A DNA stretch of 64,000 nucleotides from Vulcanimicrobiota bacterium. Lineage in GTDB: Bacteria > Vulcanimicrobiota > Vulcanimicrobiia > Vulcanimicrobiales > Vulcanimicrobiaceae. Of this stretch, positions 9,749 through 20,050 are shown in pieces. A program made the position numbers and the translations under genes. The notes under the pieces are model-generated. The model did not search any database. It was not told the DNA's origin and saw nothing but the letters and a program-made list of their open reading frames with translations. The first letter of the stretch is position 1. Each line of letters begins with the position of its first letter. The DNA is taken from assembly GCA_963777315.1 (NCBI GenBank), contig CAVZQC010000004.1:448001-512000 (forward strand), read 5' to 3'.

Positions 9749-10093
9749 ATGAACTATCTGGTATGGCCGGCGGCACTCTACGAGCAGTTCGTGGAGCGCG
9801 AGCCGGCTTCGTCATGGTACCGGCTGCAAGTGCGGCAAGCCGCGGGCTTCGGGACCCGCTGGACCCTTCTGGGCATCGGCGCCCTTTTCTGGCCGCTGGT
9901 GGTTTCGCTGCTCGCGGGCAATGCGACGCTCACCATCGTGGTGTACTCGGTCGCGATTCTCTTGGACTGCAGGCTTTTCGCGGCATGGTTGCGGCAAGCG
10001 GTACGGTATAGTAAACGAGCCGCGCGCGGAGAAACGTTTTCACTCGAACGCAGTTGGACCGCTTCGGTCATAGGAGTTCCCGCCAAGCGTTGA
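9749..10093 (+). CDS. Small hypothetical membrane protein
   Basis: ATG ORF with two hydrophobic segments. Confidence 0.55.
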   Translation: MNYLVWPAALYEQFVEREPASSWYRLQVRQAAGFGTRWTLLGIGALFWPLVVSLLAGNATLTIVVYSVAILLDCRLFAAWLRQAVRYSKRAARGETFSLERSWTASVIGVPAKR

Positions 10094-10154
10094 ACGGCGG
10101 CTTCCTCCCCGAAGGCGGCTGCGGGTGTGACTCCCGTGATGAGGATGCAGTCGA

Positions 10155-10226
10155 TGGGGTGTAGCCAAGCGGTAAGGCAGCGGACTTTGAATCCGCCATG
10201 CGATGGTTCGAATCCATCCACCCCAG
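10155..10226 (+). tRNA. tRNA-Gln (anticodon TTG), CCA not encoded
   Basis: Acceptor TGGGGTG/CACCCCA, D-arm GCCAAGCGGTAAGGC, anticodon arm GCGGA-CTTTGAA-TCCGC, T-loop GTTCGAATC. Confidence 0.96.
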
Positions 10227-10350
10227 GATCGCGCTGCCTTACCGCAGCGCAGGCGCCTGCGCCGGAGCGGAATTTGACCATCTCGGGACCCCGAAGTGCG
10301 AAGCACTTTGGGGCAGAGACCACCCCAGGAATACCGGCACTGTGGCGGTC

Positions 10351-11301
10351 ATGAGCGCGAACACGCTGCATATCACCAACGGCGACTCCGTGCTTTACGT
10401 CTGGAAAAAAGCCGGCTTGCTGGGCACGCATTTGGCATGGCGGGACGTGCTGCACGAAGGTCCGGTGCCGGCCGGCTTGCCGCTCGAAGAACTCAGCCGC
10501 ATTCGAGCCGCCTATTTCGCGGAGCGCGGTTACGGCAATCCAATCAAGATTCACCGCGATTTCGAAAAGCGCGATGCCACGTTGCGCAAAGCTCGCGAAT
10601 TCGAAGAGATCGTTTTATGGTTCGAGCACGATCTCTACGATCAGCTGCAGCTGCTGCAAATTCTCGACGCGCTGCGCGATCTGGGCCTAGGCGCGGGCAG
10701 CGTGCAGCTCGTGCAAAGCGATCAGTATCTCGGGATGCTGGGAGCCGAGGAAATCATGGCGTTGTATCCCAAGCGCCGGTACGTGACCGGTGCCGCGCAC
10801 GAGGCAGCGGCGCGCGCGTGGCAAGCGTTTACGTCGGATACGCCGCAGCCCTTGCTCGAGATCACCTCGCGCGCGTATTCGGGTTTGCCGTTCCTGCGCG
10901 ACGCATTCGTGCGTTTGTGTGAAGAGTATCCGGCATACGACAGCGGTCTCTCACGGACGCAAAAACACATCCTCGAAGCTTGCGCCCAGGGCGCTCGACG
11001 GCGCGAAGAGGTGTTCCGGCGATCGCAGGCGCGGGAAGAAGCGGCATTTCTGGGGGACGCGTCGTGTTATCGTGAAATCGATGCGCTGGGCTCTGAGCCC
11101 GCCCCTGCGCTCACGCTTCTCGACGACGGATACGACGTTACGGTCTTGGGACGAAGGGTGCTTGCCGGCGACGCAGACTGGCTCGAACATCAGCCGCTCG
11201 ACCGATGGATCGGCGGCGTGCATCTTGCGAGCGCGCGGCATTGGCGCTGGGACGATACGCAGGGAACGTTCAGCGAGCGAGTCCTGGAAGCACAAGGGTA
11301 G
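10351..11301 (+). CDS. DUF1835-like protein
   Basis: LHITNGDS, WRDVLHEGPV, IVLWFEHDLYDQLQL, DRWIGGVHL recalled as typical of this family. Confidence 0.75.
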   Translation: MSANTLHITNGDSVLYVWKKAGLLGTHLAWRDVLHEGPVPAGLPLEELSRIRAAYFAERGYGNPIKIHRDFEKRDATLRKAREFEEIVLWFEHDLYDQLQLLQILDALRDLGLGAGSVQLVQSDQYLGMLGAEEIMALYPKRRYVTGAAHEAAARAWQAFTSDTPQPLLEITSRAYSGLPFLRDAFVRLCEEYPAYDSGLSRTQKHILEACAQGARRREEVFRRSQAREEAAFLGDASCYREIDALGSEPAPALTLLDDGYDVTVLGRRVLAGDADWLEHQPLDRWIGGVHLASARHWRWDDTQGTFSERVLEAQG

Positions 11302-11329
11302 CGCGGGTGCCCCGGCCAAGGGAGGCATC

Positions 11330-11704
11330 ATGTCGCACGACGCACTTTCAGTGGAGATAAAGTCCGAGCACGGCGGCAATGCAATCGTCTACCGCTTGGG
11401 CGGTACGCTCGATCTCGCAACCGCGCCTTCGCTGCGCGCAGCGCTGGTCGACGCTGCGAACGAAGGCAAGCACGACATCATCGTCGACCTCACGCATCTG
11501 GAGTTCTTGGACTCGACCGGGCTTGGCGCGCTCATCGGCGCTCACCGGCGAGCGCTCGAACACGGCGGCCGCGTTCGGCTCATCGTGAACGATGGGCCCA
11601 TTCACCGGCTGCTGACGATCACCGGCCTGCTGCGGATTTTTGCGGTGTACGCGTCGCTCGACGCGGCGCTGGACGATCGCGACCGGCTCGTCGCTTCAAT
11701 TTAA
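11330..11704 (+). CDS. STAS-domain anti-sigma factor antagonist
   Basis: GGAGG RBS; GTLDLATAPSL, VDLTHLEFLDSTGLGALI. Confidence 0.92.
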   Translation: MSHDALSVEIKSEHGGNAIVYRLGGTLDLATAPSLRAALVDAANEGKHDIIVDLTHLEFLDSTGLGALIGAHRRALEHGGRVRLIVNDGPIHRLLTITGLLRIFAVYASLDAALDDRDRLVASI

Positions 11705-11713
11705 CGGCACCGT

Positions 11714-12970
11714 CTAAGCGCCGGGCGCGTCGAGCAATTCGATGACGTGCATCACGCGCGTCCGATCGTTGGTTTCACGCAGCTGCGCGCTCATTTGAAG
11801 CGCGCAGCCGGGATTGGCGGTTGCGACGATGTCGGCTTGTGCCGCCGCGACGTTCTCGGCTTTGCGCCGTCCCAACCGCTGGGCCATTTCGGGCTGCGTC
11901 AAGTTATACGTGCCGGCACTTCCGCAGCACACTGAACTTTCGTTCATCTCCCGCAGGGTAAGGCCGGGGATTTGCGCCAGCAGACGGCGCGGTGCGGCGG
12001 CGATTCGCTGCGCGTGCACGAGATGGCACGCGTCCTGATAGGTGACCGTTGCTTCGACTCGCGCCGGTTGCACTGAAAGGCCGATTTCGTCGAGGAATTC
12101 GAGTACGTCGCGGACCTTGCCCGAAAAGGCTCGCGCCCGATCGGCCCAATTCGGATCGTCCGCCAACAGATGCCCGTATTCTTTGAGCGCGGAGCCGCAG
12201 CCGGCGGCATTAACGATGTAGTATTGCGCGCCGGATCGCTCGAACGCGCGGATGTTTCTTTTGGCCAGCTCGCGTCCGAAGGCCGGATCGCCCGCGTGCA
12301 CTGCAATCGCGCCGCAGCAGCCCTGGCCCGACGGCACCATGACCGTGCATCCGTTGCGCGCCAGTACGCGCGCCGTAGCTTCGTTCCAGTGCGCGAACGC
12401 GACGTGAACGATGCAGCCTGCGTGCAGAAAGACGGTGTATCGTGCATTCTGCGCGCCGTACGTGCGATCGTCGGGGATGAAGAAGACGTCCGAAATTTCA
12501 GGAGCAAGCGCCTGCGCTTGCTCTATTTTCAGCAGCCGCGACAGGCCGATGCGCTGGGCGAGCGCCTGTGCACCGGCACGCTGTGCCGCACGCAGCAATC
12601 GCGCCGCAAGCCGCATCAGCCGCATGTTCCCGAACAGAGCCCGCACCGCAAACCAACGCAAGAAGCGAGCCGGCGCCGGACGTTTCGGCGCAACCGCCTG
12701 CTCGATTTTGGCGCGCGCCGCTTCCACCAGCTCGCCGTATTCGACTCCGCTCGGGCAGACGGCCTCGCAAGCGCGGCAATCCAAGCATTCGGACATTTGA
12801 TGCACGAAGCCCGGCGAGAGAAGATCGAGCCGTTCCTCGTCGACCGCCTTTATCAGACTTATCCGACCGCGCGGCCCGGAGGTTTCCGTCATCGTCTCCA
12901 GGTACGTCGGGCAGGACGGCAGGCACAAGCCGCAACGCACGCATTTGTTGTAGACGGACGCGTCGATCAT
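11714..12970 (-). CDS. glcF: Glycolate oxidase iron-sulfur subunit-like oxidoreductase
   Basis: Two 4Fe-4S motifs (CVRCGLCLPSCP, CLDCRACEAVCP) plus two CCG domains, ANPGC. Confidence 0.85.
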   Translation of the reverse strand: MIDASVYNKCVRCGLCLPSCPTYLETMTETSGPRGRISLIKAVDEERLDLLSPGFVHQMSECLDCRACEAVCPSGVEYGELVEAARAKIEQAVAPKRPAPARFLRWFAVRALFGNMRLMRLAARLLRAAQRAGAQALAQRIGLSRLLKIEQAQALAPEISDVFFIPDDRTYGAQNARYTVFLHAGCIVHVAFAHWNEATARVLARNGCTVMVPSGQGCCGAIAVHAGDPAFGRELAKRNIRAFERSGAQYYIVNAAGCGSALKEYGHLLADDPNWADRARAFSGKVRDVLEFLDEIGLSVQPARVEATVTYQDACHLVHAQRIAAAPRRLLAQIPGLTLREMNESSVCCGSAGTYNLTQPEMAQRLGRRKAENVAAAQADIVATANPGCALQMSAQLRETNDRTRVMHVIELLDAPGA

Positions 12971-13068
12971 TGCGAATCGTCGTTCGACCGTGAAAAGGCG
13001 AAGCATTTACCCTGCCGGTAAAGAATGGTCCCTAGACGGGGCTGCCGTGACGAAAGGAGCGACCATAC

Positions 13069-14166
13069 GTGGCTGAGGCCGCCACCGGCGAATATCGACT
13101 GTCCAGCGAAACACAGCTCAAGCGTTTCGTTGCGGCGATTCTGGAAAAGGTCGGCGTCGACCGAGCTCATGCCGGCGTGGTGGCGGACGTGCTCGTCGCT
13201 GCAGACTTGCGCGGTATCGAATCTCACGGCGTCGCACGCTTGGAGTCGTATTACGTCGGGCGGATCCGTGCGGGCAAGCTGTGTCCCAAACCCGATTACC
13301 GGATCGTGCGAGAGACCGAAACGTCCGTCCTGTACGATGCCGATAACGGTCTCGGGCATCCGGTGGGGAAGCTGGCGATGGAGAAGGTGCTCGAGAAAGC
13401 CGCCCGGCACGGCGCGGCTTTCGGCGGCGTGCGCAATTCCAACCATTTCGGCATCGCCGGTTATTACGCGATGCTGGCACTCGATCGCGACATGATCGGA
13501 ATGGCTTCCACCAACTCCGTTCGCTACGGAGCGCCGACGTTCGGCAAAGAAGTTATGCTCGGAACCAATCCGCTCGCGTTCGCCATTCCGGCAGGCCGGG
13601 AGCCGGCGTTCGTGCTGGATTTTGCGACGACGACGGTGCCTAAAGGCAAGCTCGAAGTCTATAAACGCAAGGGCTTGCCGCTCAAAGACGGATGGGCGAT
13701 CGATTCGTCGGGGCAGGCGACTACGGACCCGGACGAGGCTCTGCGCGGCGCGCTGCTGCCGCTCGGAGGGTTCGGCACCGAAGGGGGCGGTCACAAGGGA
13801 TATGGATTGGGCCTGCTCGCCGACATTCTTTGCGGCGTGCTTTCGGGCGGTAAATTTGGAACGGAATTGCCCGTTGTAACGGATACGATGGAAGGTGCGA
13901 TCTCGCATTGGTTCGGCGCATTCCGAGTCGATGCGTTTCGCGACGTCGAGGCATTCAAAGCCGACATGGATCGCGAGCTGCGCGCATTCAAAGACAGCCG
14001 CAAGGTTCCGGGTGAAGACCGCATCTACGTGGCCGGCGAACCGGAGCACGAAAAGACGCAGCAGCATCGCGAACACGGCGTGCCGGTTCACGTCAAAGTG
14101 TGGGACGGCCTGCAAAAAGTCGGCGGCGAATTGGGAATCCCATTCGACCTTTCGCGCAGCGAATGA
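13069..14166 (+). CDS. Malate/L-lactate dehydrogenase, Ldh_2 family
   Basis: ADLRGIESHGV, RNSNHFGIAG, LGTNP, LDFATT, GHKGYGL. Confidence 0.9.
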   Translation: MAEAATGEYRLSSETQLKRFVAAILEKVGVDRAHAGVVADVLVAADLRGIESHGVARLESYYVGRIRAGKLCPKPDYRIVRETETSVLYDADNGLGHPVGKLAMEKVLEKAARHGAAFGGVRNSNHFGIAGYYAMLALDRDMIGMASTNSVRYGAPTFGKEVMLGTNPLAFAIPAGREPAFVLDFATTTVPKGKLEVYKRKGLPLKDGWAIDSSGQATTDPDEALRGALLPLGGFGTEGGGHKGYGLGLLADILCGVLSGGKFGTELPVVTDTMEGAISHWFGAFRVDAFRDVEAFKADMDRELRAFKDSRKVPGEDRIYVAGEPEHEKTQQHREHGVPVHVKVWDGLQKVGGELGIPFDLSRSE

Positions 14167-14618
14167 ATTCCATGCCGCACGAACCGGTTTCTCCCGCCGT
14201 CCACGTGAGCGTCGCATCGCCGGCCGGTACGTACACGGTGGGAAACTCCTCGTTCTTTCGATACATCGTGCGTTTAGCGGAAGCCGGCCTGCCTTTGCAC
14301 GGCGACGACCGTGAAGCGCTCGAAATGCTTGCCGCCATTCCGCACGCGTTTTTCGACGACGACGAGCTGCAGTGGGGACGCGGCTGGCGCATCGTGCCGG
14401 CGATGTCGCTCGACGACTGGCCCGTGCTCGAATCCACGCCGCAGCGCGTGCGGTTTGCCCTGGAAACGGCACGGCGCATCCTGTGGGAGAACGCGTGGCC
14501 CGTCGGCATCAGCGCGCATGAGATCGTCGCAATCGAAGACGAGCTCGACGCGGTGTTCTCGGTACTGGAACGCGCGGAAAAAGCCGGTTTTCCCGTCAAC
14601 ATCAGCTATGTGAGCTGA
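14163..14618 (+). CDS. Hypothetical protein
   Basis: ATGA overlap with upstream gene; protein-like composition. Confidence 0.6.
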   Translation: MNSMPHEPVSPAVHVSVASPAGTYTVGNSSFFRYIVRLAEAGLPLHGDDREALEMLAAIPHAFFDDDELQWGRGWRIVPAMSLDDWPVLESTPQRVRFALETARRILWENAWPVGISAHEIVAIEDELDAVFSVLERAEKAGFPVNISYVS

Positions 14619-14652
14619 GCGCCGGCGCGCAGCGTCCGCGAAGGAGAACGTC

Positions 14653-16239
14653 GTGGCCGTTTTTGCGAAACACCCGTGCGAAGAGCGGCGCTATGCAGGC
14701 CCGCGTCCTCCGGCGCCGGCAGCGCGTCCCGGTTGGATACTGCTGGTTGCCATCGTGGGTTCGAGCATGACGTTTATCGACGGCAGCGCCGTCAACGTCG
14801 CTCTGCCGACGATGCAGCGGGACCTGCACGCGGACGCCGCGGCTTTGCAATGGGTGATCGAAGGTTACGCGCTGTTTCTCTCCTCGCTCATTCTGATCGG
14901 GGGATCGCTGGGCGATCTCTTGGGCAGGCGCCGCATCTTTGTCATCGGCATCGGCGTGTTCGCCGCGGCGTCGCTGGGCTGCGCGGTGTCGCAGCACATC
15001 GTCGAACTCAACGCAGCCCGGTGCCTGCAAGGCATAGGCGCCGCTTTGGCCGTGCCCGGAAGCTTGGCTCTGATCAGCGCGGGCTACGGCGGCGCAGAGC
15101 GCGGACGCGCGATCGGATCGTGGTCGGGTTTCGCTGCTATCACCGCTGCAATCGGTCCGTTGCTGGGCGGATGGCTGGCGCAGCATGCCTCGTGGCGATA
15201 TGTGTTCGTCATCAACATCCCGCTGGCAATCTTCGTCGTAACGGCATCGCTGCTGCGGGTTCCCGAAAGCCGCGATGAAGGACGCTCGCATTCGATCGAC
15301 GTCGCCGGCGCATCGATGGTGACCGCAGCTCTGGCCGCATTGACCTACGGTTTGATTCGGCTGCAAAGCGCCCCGGACGTTGTCGGCATTGCGTGCGCTT
15401 CGTGCAGCGTGCTCTTTTTTGCGGGGTTCGCACTGTGGGAGCGCCGCAGCGATTCACCGATGGTGCCCCATGGGATCTTCGGCAACCTGACGTTTACCGG
15501 CGCGAATGCCTATACGTTCTTCCTGTACGCCGCGCTTGGCGGCAGTCTGTACTTCGTGCCCTTCGACTTGCAAAACGTGCACGGATATACTCCCACGGCT
15601 GCGGGCGCTGCGATGCTGCCCTTCGTGCTGATCATGTTCGCGTTTTCTCGATGGTCCGGCGGTCTGGTCGCAAAGGTGGGCGCGCGCACTCCCATGATCG
15701 CCGGTGCGCTGATCGCTGGAGGCGGATTCCTGGCGTACGCGCGAATCGGCGTAGGCGGCTCGTATTGGACGACGTTCTTTCCCGCCGCTGTGGTCCTTGG
15801 TTTCGGAGGCGCGTTGTTCGTGGCGCCGTTGACGACGGCGGTCATGAATGCGGTGGAAACCGCGCACGCCGGCGCGGCCTCCGGTATCAACAACGCGGTC
15901 TCGCGGGTAGCGGGGCTGCTGGCGATCGCGGCGCTGGGCATCGTGCTGGCCGCGACGCTTTATGCGACGTTCGACCGGCGCGTTGCGGCTCTTTCGCTGA
16001 CGCGCGAATCGGTCCGCACGCTGGCTCGCGAACGCGGCAGTTTGGCCACGGGCAAAGTTCCGGCAGATTTGGCCGAGGCGGACCGAGCGCAGGTGCAGAC
16101 GGCGCTGCGCGCGGCGTACACCGACGGATTCCGCCGGACGATGATCGTTTCCGCACTGTTGTCTTGGATCGCCGCGTTCATTGCGCTGTTCACGATTGCA
16201 AAATCTCCGCTCCCGGTTCCGATGACGCCGTCAGCGTGA
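14653..16239 (+). CDS. MFS drug:H+ antiporter (DHA2-like)
   Basis: DGSAVNVALP, GSLGDLLGRRRIF motif A, GPLLGG, many TM helices. Confidence 0.92.
   Translation: MAVFAKHPCEERRYAGPRPPAPAARPGWILLVAIVGSSMTFIDGSAVNVALPTMQRDLHADAAALQWVIEGYALFLSSLILIGGSLGDLLGRRRIFVIGIGVFAAASLGCAVSQHIVELNAARCLQGIGAALAVPGSLALISAGYGGAERGRAIGSWSGFAAITAAIGPLLGGWLAQHASWRYVFVINIPLAIFVVTASLLRVPESRDEGRSHSIDVAGASMVTAALAALTYGLIRLQSAPDVVGIACASCSVLFFAGFALWERRSDSPMVPHGIFGNLTFTGANAYTFFLYAALGGSLYFVPFDLQNVHGYTPTAAGAAMLPFVLIMFAFSRWSGGLVAKVGARTPMIAGALIAGGGFLAYARIGVGGSYWTTFFPAAVVLGFGGALFVAPLTTAVMNAVETAHAGAASGINNAVSRVAGLLAIAALGIVLAATLYATFDRRVAALSLTRESVRTLARERGSLATGKVPADLAEADRAQVQTALRAAYTDGFRRTMIVSALLSWIAAFIALFTIAKSPLPVPMTPSA
15739..16200 (+). 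repeat. Copy 1 of a 462 bp imperfect direct repeat (3' part of MFS gene)
   Basis: Aligns without gaps to 19547..20008. Confidence 0.95.
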
Positions 16240-16620
16240 CCATCAGAATACTTTGCTTCCCACGAGCCTGATGTGGTTGACGGCTGGCGGCGGCACGAAA
16301 CCGCCAGCACCGGCGCAGTATGCCGTTCAGAAGTTGTACTACGGTAAACCGATGCCCTAGATGGCAAGAAAGCCGCTCATGCTTCGGATCACGCGGCCTC
16401 TGCGAGAAATCGTGGTAATGCAAAACGGCGCTGCTCTAAAAGGGGGCGACCGCCGTGCTCGCGCGCGTCGATGCTTCTGCACGGTCGGCACTTCGTTGTG
16501 CGGACCTGGCAGACGGATTTTAGGTGAGAAGTATGCGTACGAAACAGTGAGATACACCCCCGATAAGTGTTCACGCATGGGCTGCACACGCTTCCCGAGA
16601 TACGGGGACAACGTAGTGAA

Positions 16621-16760
16621 CGCAGCACAGTGGAACGAAATCCTCGCCGATACGGGGATGACCTTGGTAGCAATCGATCGACTCGTCCATCACGCAACGA
16701 TCCTCGAAATGAACGCCGAGAGCATCGCCGACGAACTGCCGAGCGAAAGCAAACGTGACA
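16621..16760 (+). pseudogene. istB: IS21-family IstB helper ATPase C-terminal remnant
   Basis: QWNEILADTGMTLVAIDRLVHHATILEMNAES matches the IstB C-terminal IDRLVHH motif; rest of gene absent. Confidence 0.8.
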
Positions 16761-16995
16761 AAGCTGGAAAAACACTAATTTTATCCAGGCTGCGAGAAAG
16801 CGTGGACCAGATCCACTAGCAAGAGATTTCGACGCGAAAGGGGCTCATCCACACCCCGGCACAACCGCTGCTGCGACCAATTCTATAACAAGCGGCACCG
16901 GTGTAGGCATGTCTCGAACCCGATCCGCAGAATGCAATCGGATTGTAACGGAACGCTGCTTCACCATCGTGCCGCTATGCGGCTGGGCCAATGTT

Positions 16996-18566
16996 GTGAA
17001 GAATCTTGCAAGTCACCCCCCGTGGGCTGCGCTCGTTGCCCTTAGCATGCTGGTTGCGTGTCGCGGAGGAGGTCCGGGCGGCGGCGCTCTTCCCGCGGTG
17101 AACCCGCACTCAGTGGAGCTTCATGCCGCAAACCATCTGACGTTTCATCCGAATCAACTCAGCAGTTCGAACGGGAGCGTCTGCCTGGAACTTGCGACGC
17201 CGGACCCGTCACAGGGTGTGTCGGCGCACTTCAAGTGCTACCTTGAGCCGAGCGATTCGATGACATTCAATAATCTGACTGCGGAGCCGGATTATCACGG
17301 GAGCGCGCTTCCCTGCAGCGCCACATCATGGACCATCGGTCCTGCAACCGGCGTGGGAGGCTACGCTGTTCCCGGACTTACGGCGACGGAGTCGCCAGCC
17401 ACCACGGATTCGAGTTCCGACTGCAAGCGCGTCGATACGACCAGCGCGACCCTGACGACATCGGCAGCGCTCTCCAACAACTTCAACTACTCGATCTATA
17501 CGACCGAGGGCACCTACACCGTCATCAACCCTCCGAACTCCGCGACATGCACGAATTGCGAATCGACTGGATGGTGGGACTTCTGGCCGGGACTGCACAT
17601 CAAGGACGTCGATGAAGGAAAGTCCGTGGAGAATACGTCGGTCGAACGGGTGGCTGGCCAGCACATCGACCTGCAGGCCTACGCGCCTGATTCGTCTTCG
17701 CTGTCGTCCTGCAACTGGACTATCCCGAGCCCGTTTCCGGACGATGCCGTGGACGCGTATTCTTGGGTCGTAAATCCCGCGTTGAGCCCCCCGAGCAGCT
17801 GGTCGACACCGAAGCCAAGTTCTGCATCTTTGATGAATACGACCCTTCAATTCTACTGGATCAGTGCCCAGCCCGCTGGAGAGATCAAGGTCACATGCAC
17901 GTTGAGCAACGGTGCAAAGCTCACGGCGAAGGCGACGTATACCGTGATCTCACCGGCTACGACGGTTACCGCGACTTACGGATCCCCCGGCGCGAATGAC
18001 AACTATCCACCGAATCTGGCCTATTGCAACCAGACCGCGACATACTTGTACTTTGGGAATCCGTGCAAAGTTCAGGGGTCAAGTGGCAGTACAAGGCAAC
18101 GGCGACTGCCAAGGAAGCTGGGTCAATCGCGATGCTTCAACTAATCAATCGGAATGTCTCTGGGATGAACCAAGGATCTCCACCGACGCCCTACAGCGAT
18201 ACGACGAGCAATGCGAGTTGGGCCGACAACGACGAGCCTTACAGCAGTCCCGTGACGCTGCCGGCAAGCAGTAGTGCGATCTGGTCCGACTTCGACGCTC
18301 CAGCCACTTACCTTGCCGATAAGACCGCGCTCGAGATGCACGACATCTTCGACGACTACTTCATGTACAAGCCTGACGGCGACAGCAGCGGTGTGAGCAT
18401 TTGGATAACGTCAAATCACCTGACGTGGTCATACGACATTTCGACAACGTGGAGTGCCACCAGGGGGTTCATCGATCCGCCAACCGTATACTCCGAATCA
18501 TTACCGGCAACCGCTCCAACCTACACCGCATTGCCAGTTTGGAATGGCCTCTACCTCAACCAATGA
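16996..18566 (+). CDS. Large Ser/Thr/Cys-rich putative lipoprotein, split by a -1 frameshift at about 18072
   Basis: Lipobox-like SMLVAC; ORFs 16909..18144 and 18024..18566 overlap and read as one beta-rich extracellular protein when joined at NPCKV/GVKWQY. Confidence 0.65.
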
Positions 18567-18586
18567 ACGCAGGTGACGGAGGGCTC

Positions 18587-19096
18587 ATGCGATTCCGAAT
18601 ACCGGCACTTATACTGCTAATCTCTCTGGGAATGGCTGCCGCCAGCCGCGGCGCTCCGCCGCAAGGCGGTACGCCTGGTCCGACTTATCCGTCGGGTCCA
18701 TCGGTGGCCGGCCTGCGTTTATCCTTGCATTCCGAACGTGCTTCGTTCGAGCTCGGCAAGCCGATATTCGTATGGATCATCATTTCCAACGTCTCCGGAA
18801 GAGACATGGATATGTCCTACGGCGACGTCGAACACGCGGCAAGGTTCTTTGTGATGGACCACATCGGCGCGCAGGTCGCGGCTCGCCAGCCGGGCGGAGG
18901 CGTCATCGGTGGAAGCCGCTTTCTGGGTGCCGGTGACCAGCGGAGAATACGCGTACGATTGGACAGGTGGGTTCCAGTTGATCATCCAGGGGCTTACAAG
19001 GTCACAGCGACTATGGACGTGCAGATTGGCAATGCCGCCCACCCCAGCGCCGTGCAGCTCAGAAGCAACCCAATCACCGTGCGCGTTACGCGGTAA
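18587..19096 (+). CDS. Secreted hypothetical protein, Ig-like beta-sandwich pattern
   Basis: GGAGG RBS, signal peptide, GLRLSL...GKPIFV...ISNVSG...PGAYKVTA...SNPITVRV. Confidence 0.7.
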   Translation: MRFRIPALILLISLGMAAASRGAPPQGGTPGPTYPSGPSVAGLRLSLHSERASFELGKPIFVWIIISNVSGRDMDMSYGDVEHAARFFVMDHIGAQVAARQPGGGVIGGSRFLGAGDQRRIRVRLDRWVPVDHPGAYKVTATMDVQIGNAAHPSAVQLRSNPITVRVTR

Positions 19097-19341
19097 GAGT
19101 CCTCTCACGAATCCATTTCATGGGCGCTCGATGCCAGCCGTGAGAGGCTGTTACCTGCGGGTTACTTTGTGGTTACCGCCCTTATATTTCGGGGCTCGCG
19201 TCCGATGCAGTCCATGGGTTTGCGGCCTGGAGCAACGTGAACTCCGCGCAGACGGCGACGTTGAGGCAGAGCGCAGAAAAAGCCAGGGTTGATGCCAACA
19301 GCGGGATGGAGCGGTGCAAAGGATAGAGGGCTCGCCTTACC

Positions 19342-19500
19342 GCTGACATTTTGCCCTCGCTGCTGTAGACCGCGGTCCGACGGTTCCATTGAATTTCTGA
19401 ACGCGCGCTGAAACTGATCGGTTTACATGATAGTGTTGCGCTTGACGATGCCTGGCCGACCGTCATTCACGTGGGCGATCTAGCGCAATTCGTAGGCGAT
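19342..19500 (+). pseudogene. PAS-domain sensor gene remnant
   Basis: Across stops and shifts reads ADILPSLL*TA/SDGSIEFLNAR*/LIGLHDSVALDDAWPTVIHVGDL; stops lie where PAS repeats usually have Trp. Confidence 0.6.
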
Positions 19501-19546
19501 ATGGCGATACCGCGTCCAGCGTCGTCCGTTCGCCATGCGGTTGACG

Positions 19547-20050
19547 GCGCGAATCGGCGTAGGCGGATCATACTGGACGACGTTCTTTCCCGCAGCGGTG
19601 GTCCTTGGTTTCGGAGGCGCCTTTTTCGTGGCGCCGTTGACGACAGCGGTGATGAATGCCGTGGAAACTGCGCACGCCGGTGCAGCCTCAGGTATCAACA
19701 ACGCTGTCTCGCGGGTTGCGGGACTGCTGGCGATCGCGGCGCTGGGCATCGTGCTGGCCGCGACGCTCTATGCGACGTTCGACCGGCGCGTCGCGGCTCT
19801 TTCGTTGACACGCGAATCGATCCGCACGCTGGCTAAGGAACGTGGCAGCTTGGCGACCGGCAAAGTTCCGGCGGCCCTTGCCGCAGCAGATCGAGCGCAC
19901 GTGCAAACGGCACTGCGCGCGGCATATACCGACGGATTCCGCCGGACCATGCTCGTTTCGGCGCTGTTGTCTTGGACCGCGGCACTCGTTGCGCTGTTCA
20001 CGATTGCACGATTTTCTCAGCCCGTTCCCGCGTCAGCGCAGACACACTAA
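19547..20050 (+). pseudogene. Orphan 3' part of MFS transporter (repeat copy 2), open but lacking the 5' two thirds
   Basis: Near-identical translation to the C-terminal ~154 aa of 14653..16239, different tail. Confidence 0.9.

Larger units (their letters stand above)
16240..19546. mobile_element. Degraded genomic island between the two MFS 3' copies
   Basis: Visibly lower GC than flanks; IS21 istB remnant, PAS pseudogene, two orphan secreted-protein genes; bounded by the duplication. Confidence 0.75.

Noticed and set aside
16240..16600. Possible gene remnant at the island's left end (CHLGHRF on the minus strand)
   Set aside because: Too short and degenerate to assign without a search
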